A DNA stretch of 64,000 bases from Octopus sinensis (GCF_006345805.1 NC_043007.1:22568001-22632000), one strand, 5' to 3'; counted from the stretch's first letter, positions 37,580 to 50,122 are shown. Program-made: numbers and translations. Notes: generated by a model from the letters alone, not told the origin.

Positions 37580-38435
37580 TATGTGTGCATGGTATGTTGG
37601 TGATTTTTCTTTGTGTGACAACCACAGATTGAGCTCATATGACCCTGAGGTCTTAATTACTTATCTCTTTTTAGCAGTACATTCTTTGATTTGTAGGGGT
37701 TTAGTAAAACAGCATACTATTCTATTTACTGGTTGTTGTTGAGGCACAGGGATCACTGTATAGTCGAGGGGTTTGCTCCTTAACCACATGGTTCTGGGAT
37801 CAGTCTGGTCACCCTGGTGGTTGTAAACGAGCATCATCATACAAGTTGATGTTGTTTCCAATGTTCCAAGAAAAAGGTGTCTGGCTGTGGGAAAATATTT
37901 CCTTGCTTTGAAGCAGATGAGGGTTGGTGAAAGCAGAGGCACCCAGCCATAGAAAATCGGCCCCAACAAGTTCATGCAAGCATGGAAACGTGGACATTAA
38001 ATGATGATTATGTTGTTGATGCCATTGTCATCATCATTGTTGCTGAGTCTCATTTCTGCCCTAATTGAACAGCACTATGATCAAAGACACTCTAGTCTTG
38101 ACCATCCCACCCTTTTAGAGCTATCTAAAACTATATCTAATGGTTCTTTTAGATGTTTAAGACGATAGGGGTGAAATGATATGAGGGAACTTGTCTGCTA
38201 TTTCTAGTAGAATTAAAAAGACAACTGCTTCTTCACTAGTTTGGTTTTTATTTAATGACTAACTATGGTGGTATTTTGAGCTAACATTACGATGGATAAC
38301 TGTTTATCTACAGAGAAGTTATCATCATCATTTAACATCCATTTTCCATCCTGGCATGGTGGAGTTCTAATCCTGCAGAAGCCAACATAGCCATTCATCC
38401 TTTTGTGATCAATAAAAAAAGTATCAGAAAGTATC

Positions 38436-39093
38436 AGGCACTGGAGTGGCTGTGTGGTAAGAAGTTTGCTTCCCATCCACAGGTGTCTTCTACTATAGAC
38501 TCAGGTCGACCAAAGCTTTATGAGTGGATTTTATGTAGATGGAAACTTAAAGAAACCCTTCATATATCATCATCATCATCGTTTAACATCCGTTTTCCAT
38601 GCTAGCATGGGTTGGACGGTTCGACTGGGGTCTGGGAAGCCAGGAGGCTGCACCAGGCTCCAGTCTGATCTGGCAGTGTTTTTACAGCTGGATGCCCTTC
38701 CTAATGCTAACCACTCCGAGAGTGTATTGGGTGCTTTTTATGTGCCATTGGCACAGGAGCCAGAGGTGGCTGCCAACAGTTACAGTCGGTTGGTGCTTTT
38801 TATGTGCCACCGGCACGGAAGCCAGGCAATGCTTCCATGCTGGTGGCATGTAAAAAGTACCAACTGATCGTGGCCATAGCCAACCTCCTCTGTATTTGTA
38901 TTTGTGTGTTTGTCTCCACCACCACTTGACAACCACTGTTGGTGTGTTTACATCCCTGTAACCTAGCGCTTTGCCAAAAGAGACTGATAGAATGAGCACT
39001 AGGCTTACAAACAATAAGTCTTGGAGCCGATTTGTTTGACTACAAGTGGTGCTCCAGCATGGCCACAGTCAAATGACTAAAACAAGTAAAAGA
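38436..39093 (+). mobile_element. SINE family D interrupted by an RTE 3' fragment (38570-38882, -)
   Basis: D head GGAGTGGCTGTGTGGTAAG at ~38444 and D 3' half at 38890-39093. RTE terminal domain with (CAT)n lies between them. Confidence 0.7.
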
Positions 39094-39679
39094 ATCCTGT
39101 CAAAAGCAATCTAATAATTAAGTGGTCTTTAAGTATTTGTCCCCCCCCACATCTAACATCTTTTAATCCCCACCCCTCGCACTCTTCTCAAACCTTCAGT
39201 TTGCTCTGGTAACCCCATCACTACCCTCATTACCTTCTCAGCTACTCCTACCCACTCATAAAATGTGGGTGGCCATAGCCAGCCACATACCTCTTCTAAA
39301 GTGAGACACCTGCACTTGTCCTTCTGTTATAATACTTTAGCCTCACAGCACCTGGCATAAAAAATCCCCTACCCCCTCCCAAATACTCCCACCCCACTCA
39401 CCTAGCCATGGGAGCTTTTGCACATTTTTTCCCTGCTCTTTTTCTGTCTTACAAGTTACTTGGTAACCTCACCAGTGGTTACCAGTACAGAGAACCGAGA
39501 CAAATACTCTGAAGTATTCTATCTAACTCTGTAACAACTGCCCATGTAATATGTTGATATAAGCTGGTGTGGTGTGATCAAATGGAGATTTGGCTGCTAT
39601 ATCTAGCATGTCAAATGATGTGAAGAGGTTTCTTTTTCTGGTTTGTGGACATTGTGTGTCTAGAAAGTCATGGCTCTCT

Positions 39680-39998
39680 GTCGGTTACGACGACAAGGAT
39701 TCCAGTTAATCCAATTAACATGAAAGTGGCTGAGCATTCCACAGACACACATACCCTTAACGTAGCTCTCAGGGAGATTCAGCGTGACACAGAGTGTGAC
39801 AAGGCTGAGCCTTTGAAATACAGGTACAACAGAAACAGGAAGAAGAATGAGAAAATGTTGTGAAAGGGTACCCCCTGTCAGAGCCTCGTGGAGCTATGTG
39901 TTTTCGCTCAATAAACATTCACAACGCCCAGTCTGGGAATCAAAACGATGATCCTACGACCATGAGTCTGCTGCCCTAACCACTGGGCCATTGCACCT
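39680..39998 (-). mobile_element. tRNA-derived SINE family A (long variant)
   Basis: Head GAGGTGCAATGGCCCAGTGGTTAGGGCAGC on -. Body shared with 57815-58155. Confidence 0.75.
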
Positions 39999-41638
39999 CG
40001 ATGTCTAGAAAGTATGTAACCTCATTTGTACAGAGAAGTTTACAAAGTTTTATCATCTACAACTAGGCCAATTGAGAGATGAAACTGCTTGTGTTGATAG
40101 GCTATCAGTCTAAAGGATAAAAGCTTGATGGGAGATATTGAGTTGTATCTAAGACAAAGATATTTAACTTTCGATAGTTCAAGGTATCTTGATGTAAACA
40201 GGTGCAATGGGAAGATAACGGTCTGCTGGGGTAAATGGGTGAAAGGAACATTGTTAGCTTGCTGAGTTAGGTTCAAATTTTCTATGGGTGCCATGAATAT
40301 GAAGGGGGCACTGTTATGCTGTTTCTGCAAATCCATTTTGATGCACGGCCAGAACTATGTATTACTCTTTTACTTGTTTCAGTCATTTTACTGCGGCCAT
40401 GCTGGAGCACCGCCTTTAGTCGAGCAAATCGACCCCAGGACTTATTCTTTGAAAGCCTAATACTTATTTTATTGGTCTTCTGATAAAACAATAACATCAT
40501 CGAAGCTAAGTCCTGACAGCTGCCTTGATTCAACTTGCAAACATTCTTCAGAATCGCCCACTGAGGTTGAACTGGCATCTATATATTCATATTGACCTGA
40601 ATCAGATATGGTTGGTAAGCAAGCTACTTACCACACAGCCACTCCTGCACCTGTATAGAAAAATTGTTAAAATATTTATGTATATTATTGAAGTGTAACC
40701 AATTTATTGAACCTAATTTTAACAACAAAATCTTGTATGGGCCCTTAAAGCACTTACCCAAGATATCCTGAGGTGAGAATGAACCCCAGACCATTTGATT
40801 AGGAAGCAAGCTTCTTACCACACAACCACACCTTTTACTATAGGCACAAGGCCTGAATTTCTTTGGACAGGGTTTACTCGAGTATATCAACCCTAGTGCT
40901 CAACTGGCACTTATCTTATCCAGCCCCCAAAAGGATGAAAGGCGAAGCCAACCTTGTTGGAATTTGAACTCAGAATGGACAAAGCTACAAGGAATGCCTC
41001 TGAGCATTTGTCTGATAGCCTGCCCACTGAAATAACCCCTTCTATTCAAGGTGCAAGACCTGAAATTTTAAGCTGGGTTGGGATGAGTGGGAGGGCTTGT
41101 AAATTACATCGAACCCAGTGCACAAATGGAACTTTTTTTTTTTGATACTGAAAGGGTGAGAGGCAAGATCGACCTCAGCAGAATTTGAACTCAGAAAAAG
41201 CTAGAAGAAATACTAAGTCCTTTGTCCAACCTGCCATCGAATATGCCAGCTTGTCACCGTCTTTGCAATAGTGCTGCTGCTACTGCTACTACTACTACTA
41301 TTACAAATTATGTATATAAAAGTAGAAAAATTGCTTGAAAATATAAATGAAAAATTGCTTTTTTTTTTTTGAGAAATCAAAAGAATTACCTCCCCTTAGT
41401 TTTGTTTTAATAGTGACATCTCTCCATTGAGATAATTTTCATGTAGTCACCCGATCTGTTAAAAACTGGCAAAATTACCCTCGGATTATATTCTAGCACC
41501 CTAAAAATGAAAAATAATTAAACATAAACTGCTATCTCCTTCCTCCCTATACACCATATCATGTTGTGTTGTGTATGTTGTATAGTTTGCTTGCTTCGTT
41601 GATGGCGTGCATGTTCAACTCTGGTATTTCAAACCATT

Positions 41639-41810
41639 ACCGTTACGTTCTGAGTTCAAATTCCACCGAGGTCGACTTTGCCTTTCATCCTTTCGGGGTC
41701 GATAAATTAAGTACCAGTTACGCACTGGGGTCGATATAATCGACTTAATCCGTTTGTCTGTCCTTGTTTGTCCCCTCTGTATTTAGCCCCTTGTGGGTAG
41801 TAAAGAAATA
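41639..41810 (+). mobile_element. SINE family B, 5'-truncated
   Basis: 14-bp TSD TATTTCAAACCATT at 41625-41638 and 41813-41826 (16 bp with the GG/GA mismatch). Confidence 0.9.
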
Positions 41811-41893
41811 GATATTTCAAACCATTTCGTACTATGGTGTACAGTCAATAATGTTTACTGAGCAGAATAAAAATTTTTTTTAAAGCAAGTTAT

Positions 41894-42710
41894 TTGGATA
41901 TATGCTACAAAAGATACCGTTACTCCCTTCACAACACTAATCTCAAGAAGTCTTCTTGTGAACGTGACCTGGGCATTATTGTCGACAGCGATTTGCGTTG
42001 GACAAAAAACATTGCTAAAATTGCCAAGAAGGCTGAGGGTGTCTTGGTATCACTTACCAAGTCCTTTGTGAGCCGCTCTCCGGCTATCTATCTGAGGCTT
42101 TATATAGCTATGGTTCGGCCTCACCTAGACTTTGCATCACTGGTCTGGAACCCATATCTTGCTCAGGATATTAATCATCTGGAAACCGTTCAGCAACGTG
42201 CAACCAAGAGAATACCCTCCATCAGGCATTTGCCATATTCTGAACGCCTTACCTCCCTGGGCATGGACACATTGAAACTCCGACGTCTGGCAGCTGATTT
42301 GGCAGACACCCATAAAAGTATTAACCATCTTACAAACAATAACTCTGAGCACGTTTACAAACTCCTCCTGTCTATACACCCGTGGACATGTTTACAAAGT
42401 CAGAAAACAGCACAGCTCCCATGACTTTTGGAAACATTTTTTTACACTTAGAGTTGCTGAAGCATGGAACAAACTGCCGACATCAGTTGTTAGTTGTTGG
42501 AGCACTGCATCCTTCAAAACTTCCATGCTTCCTGAGATTTGCCAACACAACACCTGATTTTCTCCCCTCCATACACACGCAAGCATGTATCTGACTCATA
42601 CACTGTTCGCTTTCCAGGCATTTGTACATTACTGCATATGCTTTATACGCACTTTTGACAAGTTATGGCGCACCTGAGCACTGTATACAATAATTTCATT
42701 ATTATTATAA
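41894..42710 (+). mobile_element. CR1-clade LINE 3' fragment (RT C-terminus, 3' UTR, (ATT)n tail)
   Basis: ERDLGIIVDSDLRW..LYIAMVRPHLDFASLVWNPY..LETVQQRATKRIP..YSERLTSLG..TLKLRRL. Confidence 0.9.
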
Positions 42711-43125
42711 TTTTTTAAAATGAAATCACTAACACAAAATGCACTGGAAATGCGTTAGGGCCCAGCTGTAAACAATTAGGGGAAAACAAATTCCTTTTAA
42801 ATATTTGTTTAATAAAAGCAGTTCTAGATTCAAATACTGACCATGTTCTAGGCGGTTGTTAGAGCACTGCAAACCGTTAATGTTTACTTGACAACTTCTT
42901 GGTTAATATAGGGTCAAACATTTATAACTTCTAGCATCGAAATGAAAGGCAGGGCATCCATACTTGCATTTCTTGTGCTATAAAACTGTCTCCACAAGAT
43001 GAAGCAAGCCGTAGAACCTCTACGTGGTCGCTGGACTGGCTAGAATTAGCAGCACGTATAGCTCACTCAAGGGGAACAACTGCAAAGGGCTTAAAGGAAA
43101 GTATCAGCAGCTGTATTTCGGTTTA

Positions 43126-43709
43126 CAGTGATCCCTATTACTTCGCGGTTCAACTATCGCGGATTTTAAAAATATCCTTAAATCCTAAAAATGTTTCAGC
43201 CCGAAGGCTGCGGCCATGCTGGGGCACCACCGCTGGTATAGATATATATGAACGCCTAAAATTTTTCATTAAATCCATTAAAATATTAATAATGAATATT
43301 ATTTCCTTGTCTAGGAATAACAAAACAAGCGTAAAATAGCAAAAAAGCATATACAGGGGTATTTGAACTTAAGATGGGCTGTGATTGGCACCACCATCAG
43401 CTTCATCATCATCATTTCTATTGCACAGCAAATTCCTCACCATCATCATTCAAATTTTACTTCAACTTCTTTCGCGTTGAGTACAGTAACAACCTTTATT
43501 TTTTAAAATCTAAAGTGTTATTGCTTAACAGTTGTCCTTGTTATTAATAGACTACTGTAATGGGTGGGCTGTTAACAGTACAGGGAGGGTTTTAAAAGTC
43601 CAAATACACGTTAAATAAATACTGTAAATATGGCGTCCCTACTTCACGGAAATTCAGTTATCACGGCCGGTCTCGAAACCAATCTACCACAATAAACGAG
43701 GGAACACTG
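43126..43709. mobile_element. Tigger/pogo-like non-autonomous DNA transposon
   Basis: TA|CAGTGATCCCT ... AGGGAACACTG|TA imperfect TIRs. Confidence 0.5.
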
Positions 43710-43771
43710 TATAATGGAACACTGTAGAAGAAGAAGTCCACAGTTATGATGGCAATGATAACCAAAGCAGT

Positions 43772-44360
43772 CATCATCATCATCATCATCATCATCATCG
43801 TTTAACGTCCACTTTCCATGCTAGCATGGGTTGGACGATTTGTCTGAGGACTGGCGAACCAGATGGCTGCACCAGGCTCCAATCTGATCTGGCAGTTTCT
43901 ACAGCTGGATGCCCTTCCAAACGCCAACCACTCCGAGAGTGTAGTGGGTGCTTTTTACGTGCTACCGGCACGAGGGCCAGTCAGGCGGTACTGGCAATGA
44001 GCTGGCAGAAACGTTAGCACATTGGTCGAAATGCTTAGCGGTATTTCGTCTGCTGTTACGCTCTGAGTTCAAATTCCGCCAAGGTCGACTTTGCCTTTCA
44101 TCCTTTCGGGGTCGATAAATTAAGTACCAGTTACTCACTGGAGTCGATATAATCGACTTAATCCATTTGTCTGTCTTTGTTTGTCCTCTCTGTGTTTAGC
44201 CCCTTCTGGGTAGTAAAGAAATAGGTACTGGCAATGACCTCGCTCAAATCTTTTTACATGTGCCACCAGCACAGGTGCCAGTGAAGCGACGTTGGTAACA
44301 ATCATGCTCGAATAGTGCCCTTTTATGTGGTACGGGTACAGAAGCCAGTTGGCTGCTCTG
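43772..44360 (-). mobile_element. RTE 3' fragment interrupted by a SINE B
   Basis: (CAT)n tail, terminal domain and VNTR units on both sides of 44001-44223. Confidence 0.75.
44001..44223 (+). mobile_element. SINE family B, near full length
   Basis: Perfect 14-bp TSD GGTACTGGCAATGA at 43987-44000 and 44224-44237. Confidence 0.9.
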
Positions 44361-45140
44361 GCAACGATCAATAAGAATTGCAACGATGAGAGATAAATCA
44401 AGTGTGCATGTTGAATTTGTTTTATTCAGATAGAAAATAAATATATTAATGTATAAACAAAAATCCAATTCAGCAACAGTTTATGAATGGATTGTTAGCT
44501 AAATTACAAACGATTTTCAAAAGGATGAATGAAAGAAGTAGAGAAAGAGAAGGAGGAGGAGGAGGAAGAGAAGAAGTAAAAATGTTGTTGTTGTTTTTGT
44601 TCTTGTTATTTCGTTTATTAGAATAAATTAAAAAGACAGGAGAATAAAATGAAGCAATATTTCAAGTTTAAAGTTGAAGTTGGCTGGTTGTGGTGGTGTT
44701 GGTGGTGGTGGTGGCGACGGCAGCGGTAAGAGGAGATGAATGAGAAGGTGGAACAATTTATTTGTGTGTGTGTGTGTGTGTGTGTCTGTCAGTGGTAGGA
44801 GCGAAGTGGGGGTGGAGTGGGTGGAGCAAGAAAAGATTTGGACAGGTCAGGTGGGTGGGGGTCAATAAGAAATTTTCAAATGACACAGAATTTCCAGGTC
44901 AGGGCCCTTTGTCAATTAACATCAGACACAGTCTGAAGTCTCTCACCTCCTTTTTTTTGTTAAGTTACTTTTGTTTTTCTTTGTCTTTTTTCTATTTGTT
45001 TTTTTTCTTTTTACTTCCCCCAAATATTTATAATTGTTTTTGCTTTTTTTTTTCCAACAGATTATGAGTTTTCACAGAACTTATTTTTGTTTTTTTCTTC
45101 AGCATGCAGTTTAATTAAGTTCCTAATTTAATCTTAGATG

Positions 45141-45205
45141 CTATTTCTTGAATGTATGTGGAAGATCCCTGGGTCCTTTGGGGTGACCGACTCGATGGCC
45201 GAAAC
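45141..45205 (-). CDS. Gene 3 terminal coding exon: (G)FGHRVGHPKGPRDLPHTFKK*
   Basis: Acceptor TTTTTATATATTTTTCAG; phase 1 inherited from the upstream chain; TAG at 45143-45141. All three frames are open for some distance, so the frame rests on the chain. Confidence 0.6.
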
Positions 45206-45317
45206 CTGAAAAATATATAAAAAGAAATTTTAATTTTAAAAATTATAATAGACAATATAGACATGATCATTCAAGTGTGATCGTTACCTGCATTGCCTTA
45301 GTAGCACATGTAAAACA

Positions 45318-45545
45318 TTCAAAGCGAGGTCGTTGCTAGTGCCGCTGGACTGGCTCCTGTGCAGGTGGCACATAAAAAGCACCATCTCAGTGTGGCCGTT
45401 GCCAGTACTGCCTGACTGGCCCCGTGCCAGTGGCATGTAAAAGCACCCACTACACTCTCAGAGTGGTTGGCATTAGGAAGGGCATCCAGCTGTAGAGACT
45501 CTGCCAGATAAAGATTGAAGCCTGTTGCAGCCATCTGGCTTGCCA
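45318..45545 (+). mobile_element. RTE 3' fragment
   Basis: VNTR units and part of the terminal domain. Confidence 0.7.
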
Positions 45546-45728
45546 GCTACAGGAAGGAAGAGTGAGAGAAAGTTGTGGTGAAAGAATACAGCAGGGATCA
45601 CCACCACCCCCTGCCAGAGCCTCGTGGAGCTTTAGGTGTTTTCGCTCAATAAACACTCACAACGCCCGAAACCGTGATCCTACGACCGCGAGTCCGTTGC
45701 CCTAACCACTGGGCCATTGCAGCTCCAC
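45540..45728 (-). mobile_element. SINE family A
   Basis: Matches the family-A head and body. Confidence 0.7.
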
Positions 45729-45760
45729 CCAAACCAATATAAAATACAATATTTACTTAC

Positions 45761-45793
45761 CAATGATAGAAATTTTCTGATGTTTGTGTTTCT
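45761..45793 (-). CDS. Gene 3 microexon, 33 nt, phase 1-1: (E)KHKHQKISII
   Basis: TTTTTCCTTCTTTTTACAG acceptor and GTAAGT donor. Confidence 0.7.
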
Positions 45794-46345
45794 CTGTAAA
45801 AAGAAGGAAAAATGAATTAGGACTTCACAACTAAAGAGACCGTGACACAGGATCTTGCTACACCGGTTCCCCCCTAAACTCTTATTCAAGGATTTGGTAA
45901 GGCAGGAAACATTTATTTCATTTGTCATGCTGAGAACATGACTGTTTGACAGTTGCTTTAAAGTAGACTAGCACCTTGAACCCGGCAACACCGGGTCATG
46001 GTGATAGTGCATGCATATACAGCTGCGTGCGTGTGTCTGCCCAAATCTCAGACCATACAGCTAGCTGGCATTCAAATGGCGTATCAAGTTTCGGGCATTT
46101 TGATTGGGTTTTGGATAGAAAATTCACAAAAAAGTCACTTCTACTGATTTTTAATGGCTTTGCGGGGTGACTGAGGAAATGTAAAGATGTGCACAACCAC
46201 CCTTGGACGGTTTTGAATGACCATAAAAAGTGCGAGCCCTCTAACTGAAAAATTGTAGATTTGTATAAAGGACGCGCACACACACACACAGACATTTTGC
46301 CGTTTATATATATAGAGAAGAGATGATGTTTAAACAAAAGAAATC

Positions 46346-46376
<31 letters not shown>

Positions 46377-47404
46377 TGATAATAATTGAAGGGAGACAAT
46401 TCATTAATAGAAGGGAAACAATCCATCCCTAATTAACTACAGAGTAGGACGTGAAGCGAAGGGAAGAGGGAGTTGGAAATGTGGGCAGATGTTTTAATTG
46501 TCTTTACTGACAGCATAAAAGATTTTTCTTTGTTTATCTGAAAGTATTGTAGGTTATCATTTAACAGATATCAACAGTAGGCGAAAGTTAAAACCTACTG
46601 TGAAACTGAAATTGGTTTTAGATTATATAACAACTGCTTTTATCATTTACGTATATTAGGGCAAAGTAAAAATCTAACAATTGTGTAGCATTGAACATGT
46701 ACACTGTAGAAAGTGACCCCTTTATGCGTGAGTTTACTGTAGTCAAGTTATGTTATTTTAAGGGTGGGGCCAGGCACATTCCATACTATACCACCGATTT
46801 GTGTTTTTCTAAGTGCTGGTGTTTAGACCCCGTTTTTGTCCACATCAACATTTCACGACCACTTCTCTACGCTTACATGAATCAGAATTTGCCGAGGCAG
46901 ATTTCCTATGGCTGGATGCTCTTTCTGTCGCCAACCCTTATTTCCAAAAGTTAGATGTGTTTCCATGGAAGACTGGAAATAAACAGCATCGCTTGTATTA
47001 TTAGCGATGCTTATTTATAGCCATCGGGATGTTTAGTCAGGGGTGTATATGCACATATATTTAACTGGCTTCTTTCAGTTTCCCTGAACCAAATCCAATG
47101 ACAAGGCTTTCGTTTGTCAGAGGCTATGATAGGAGACACTTGCCCAAGGTGTCACACAGTGGGACTGAACCCAAGACCACATAGTTGGGAAAGCAAGCTT
47201 CTAAACTACAAAAACCACACCTGCACCTATTCTTTATAGTTTTAAATGGATAAAATAGAAGTCTATTTTGGTAACACACCCCAGAGAATCTCGCACCTAT
47301 TTCTGTTGGCTTGGTGCACTAAGAATTAAGTCTGCTGCCTAACTCTATGAGAAAAGGGCTCTCTCCAGATACAACAAAACTACAGTAGAGTTTGGGGTCA
47401 GACT

Positions 47405-47628
47405 CTAGATGTTGATTCAATACCATATCACAGCGTTACTCAAGAAACAAAAAAGAGTGAGAGAAAGTTGGGGCGAAAGAGTACAACAGGGGTCGCCACT
47501 GCCGGAGCCTCGTGGAGTTTTTAGGTGTTTTCGCTCAATAAACATACACAACGCCCAGTCTGGGAATCGAAACTGTGATCCTCCAACCGCAAATCCACTG
47601 CCCTAACCACCGGGCCATTGTGCCTCCA
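47405..47628 (-). mobile_element. SINE family A
   Basis: Matches the family-A head and body. Confidence 0.7.
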
Positions 47629-47847
47629 CTATATAAACAGTATATGCAATATAAATTTCCCATTTCAGAAGTAGAGAGTTGTACATTGTTTCTAATTTGG
47701 TAAGAATAACCAAAGATTGAAACAAGTACTGAACCTTATGATCTGTTAATTGGTTTGCAGTTCTATTTCAAGACGTAAGTTCTGTGGTACCCCACCCTTG
47801 CTCATTTCTTTCTTGCAAATGTTAAAGAACAGTCAAAACATCTATAT

Positions 47848-48048
47848 CAGTGCTTTTCAAACTTTTTGCTGGAGCGGAACCCCAAGGAAACATTACACTG
47901 GCTCGAGGACCCCCTGTGCAATAATTTAATAGTCTTATGCACACATATCTGCACAGGAGAATTAAAAATTACTGCTGATTTTAGCAGTTTTGTAACTTCT
48001 TGCGGAACCCCTGGACTGTACTGGCGGAACCCTGGTTGAAAACCACTG
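47848..48048. mobile_element. hAT (Charlie-like) MITE, copy 2
   Basis: Same TIRs and body as 10623-10840. Perfect TSD ATCTATAT. Confidence 0.9.
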
Positions 48049-48285
48049 ATCTATATCGTTGATCTTGGAAGGCTTACAAGGGACATGGGCTCTGCACCTT
48101 CCTCTAGACTCAGAAAATGAAATATAAGGAAAAAAAACCACTCAAATGTGGAGAGTGAAGCCTGTTTGTCAGTCAGGGGGACTGAGGCAAGTAGAATAAT
48201 GTACATTGACCATACAATACAGTTGTCACACTTGAACTTAAGACTATTTAGTGAGATATTCAGAGCTTATATTATTCAATGCCAC

Positions 48286-48523
48286 GAAGGCAGCGAGCTG
48301 GCAGAAACATTAGCACGCCGGGCGAAATGCGTAGCCGTATTTCATCTGACGTTACGTTCTGAGTTCAAATTCCACCGAGGTTGACTTTGCCTTTCATCCT
48401 TTCGGGGTCGATTAAATAAGTACCTGTCACGCACTGGGGTCGATATAATCAACTTAATCCCTTTGTCTGTCCTTGTTTGTCCCCTCTGTGTTCAGCCCCT
48501 TGTGGGTAGTAAACAAAAAAAAA
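48286..48523 (+). mobile_element. SINE family B, full length with A-rich tail
   Basis: 15-bp TSD ATTATTCAATGCCAC at 48271-48285 and 48524-48538. Confidence 0.9.
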
Positions 48524-48564
48524 ATTATTCAATGCCACAATGTAAATTGTCAGAAGATGCTTAC

Positions 48565-48592
48565 CAGAATTCGAACTGTTCTTTATATGTAA
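48565..48592 (-). CDS. Gene 3 microexon, 28 nt, phase 0-1: LHIKNSSNS
   Basis: CTCTTTCTTTTTCTCTTTCTTTCAG acceptor and GTAAGC donor. Confidence 0.7.
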
Positions 48593-48759
48593 CTGAAAGA
48601 AAGAGAAAAAGAAAGAGTAAGGAAAAACGTTTCTAGATTTAGTTTTAGTGTAGTTTTCAGTTCCATACAAAATGCTATAAAATTTGTAGATTTTTGTGCT
48701 GATATATAGAGAAGTGTGTGTGTGTGATTATGTGCAGTAATGTGTGTATTCTCTTTTAA

Positions 48760-49147
48760 TTGTTTCAGCCATTTAACTGCGGCCATGCTGGAGCACTGCC
48801 TTTAGTCAAGCAAATCGACCCCGAGACTTATTCTTTGTAAGCCTAGTACTTATTCTATCAGTCTTTTTTGCTGAACCACTAATTGACGGGGACATAAACA
48901 CACCAGTATTGGTTGTCAAGCGATATTGGGGGGACAAACACAGACACACAAACACACACACACATATATATATACATATATAGGATGGGCTTCTTTCGGT
49001 TTCTGTTTACCAAATCCACTCACAAGGCTTTGGCCGGCCCAAGGCTATAGTAGAAGACACTTGCCCAAGATGCCATGCAGTGATACTGAACCCGGAACCA
49101 TGTGGTTGGTAAGCAAGCTACTTACCACACAGTCATTCCTGCGCCTA
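48760..49147 (-). mobile_element. SINE family D
   Basis: Complete D structure, as at 53808-54202. Confidence 0.8.
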
Positions 49148-49301
49148 TGTACATGTATATGTGCAAGAGGGAACTGTGCAGATGTATGCACAAAGGTGTA
49201 GGGTGTGTAACATCTATACATTTGCATGGATTGTTGTCTATACAGTGTTTGTAAAAAGCAAGTAACAGCTTGATCTGTGTGTGTTGATGAGTGTGCATGT
49301 A

Positions 49302-49866
49302 TTGGGTTCTCTGGAAAGTTTGTTTTGATTTTTAAAGGAAAGAAAAAGGTCAATAAATACTTGCCATTACATTTTTAATCAACCAAATATGAACCCTTTT
49401 GTTGCACAATGCGTCTCCATCTTTCCTTTAACTTGAAAATACCCTCTTCCCTAATTGAGGTAGTTTCATGGCAAAGAATTCATCAAGGTATCTTTTTACA
49501 TCATCCAAGGAATTGAAATTTTTACCATTAAGACTATTCTGCAGAGACCTGAATAAGTGGAAATCCGAAGGAGCAATATCTGGTGAATATGGAGGGTGGG
49601 GTAACACATCCCAGCTGAGCTGCAGCAATTTTCATCTGGTTCCCAAAGCACCAAGTGCCAAAAATGAACTTTCTTATCTTCCATTTTAGAGGGTTACAGA
49701 ATTAACACAGGTTATAGGAACATAAACCTTCTTCAACAAAAAGATAACTTAAACTGTGCTCTAAATGGAGGTGTAGTCAAATCCTATTTTATGGACTCAA
49801 CCATTTTCTAAAATAAGTCGAAAGGTAAGCTACTGTAAATCGGCACAAACTTTCCGGACAACCCAA
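49302..49866 (-). mobile_element. Internally deleted mariner (565 bp) with both TIRs
   Basis: 22-bp TIRs TTGGGTT(C/G)TC(T/C)GGAAAGTTTGT with TA at both ends. MEDKKVHFWHLVLW N-terminus abuts the C-terminal LPHPPYSPDIAPSDFHLF..ERWRRIVQQKGSY. Confidence 0.9.
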
Positions 49867-49888
49867 TATATCTGTTTGTGCACACATG

Positions 49889-50122
49889 CATCATCATCAT
49901 CATCGTTTAACGTCCGTTCTCCATGCTAGCATGGGTTAGACGGTTCGACCGGGGATCTGGGAAGCCAGAAGGCTGCACCAGGCTCCAGTCTTATCTGGCA
50001 GTGTTTCTACAGCTGGATGCCCTTCCTAACGCCAACCACTCCGTGAGTGTAGTGGGTGCTTTTTACGTGCCACCTGCACAGGTGCCAGGCGAGGCTGGCA
50101 ACGGCCACGGTCGGATTGGTGT
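49889..50122 (-). mobile_element. RTE 3' fragment
   Basis: (CAT)n tail, terminal domain and one VNTR unit. Confidence 0.75.

Noticed and set aside
45996-46234. Possible alternative terminal exon of gene 3 after a TTTTTCAG acceptor
   Set aside because: No donor or recognisable motifs, and the phase-1 reading stops after ~34 codons. Cannot be supported without transcripts.
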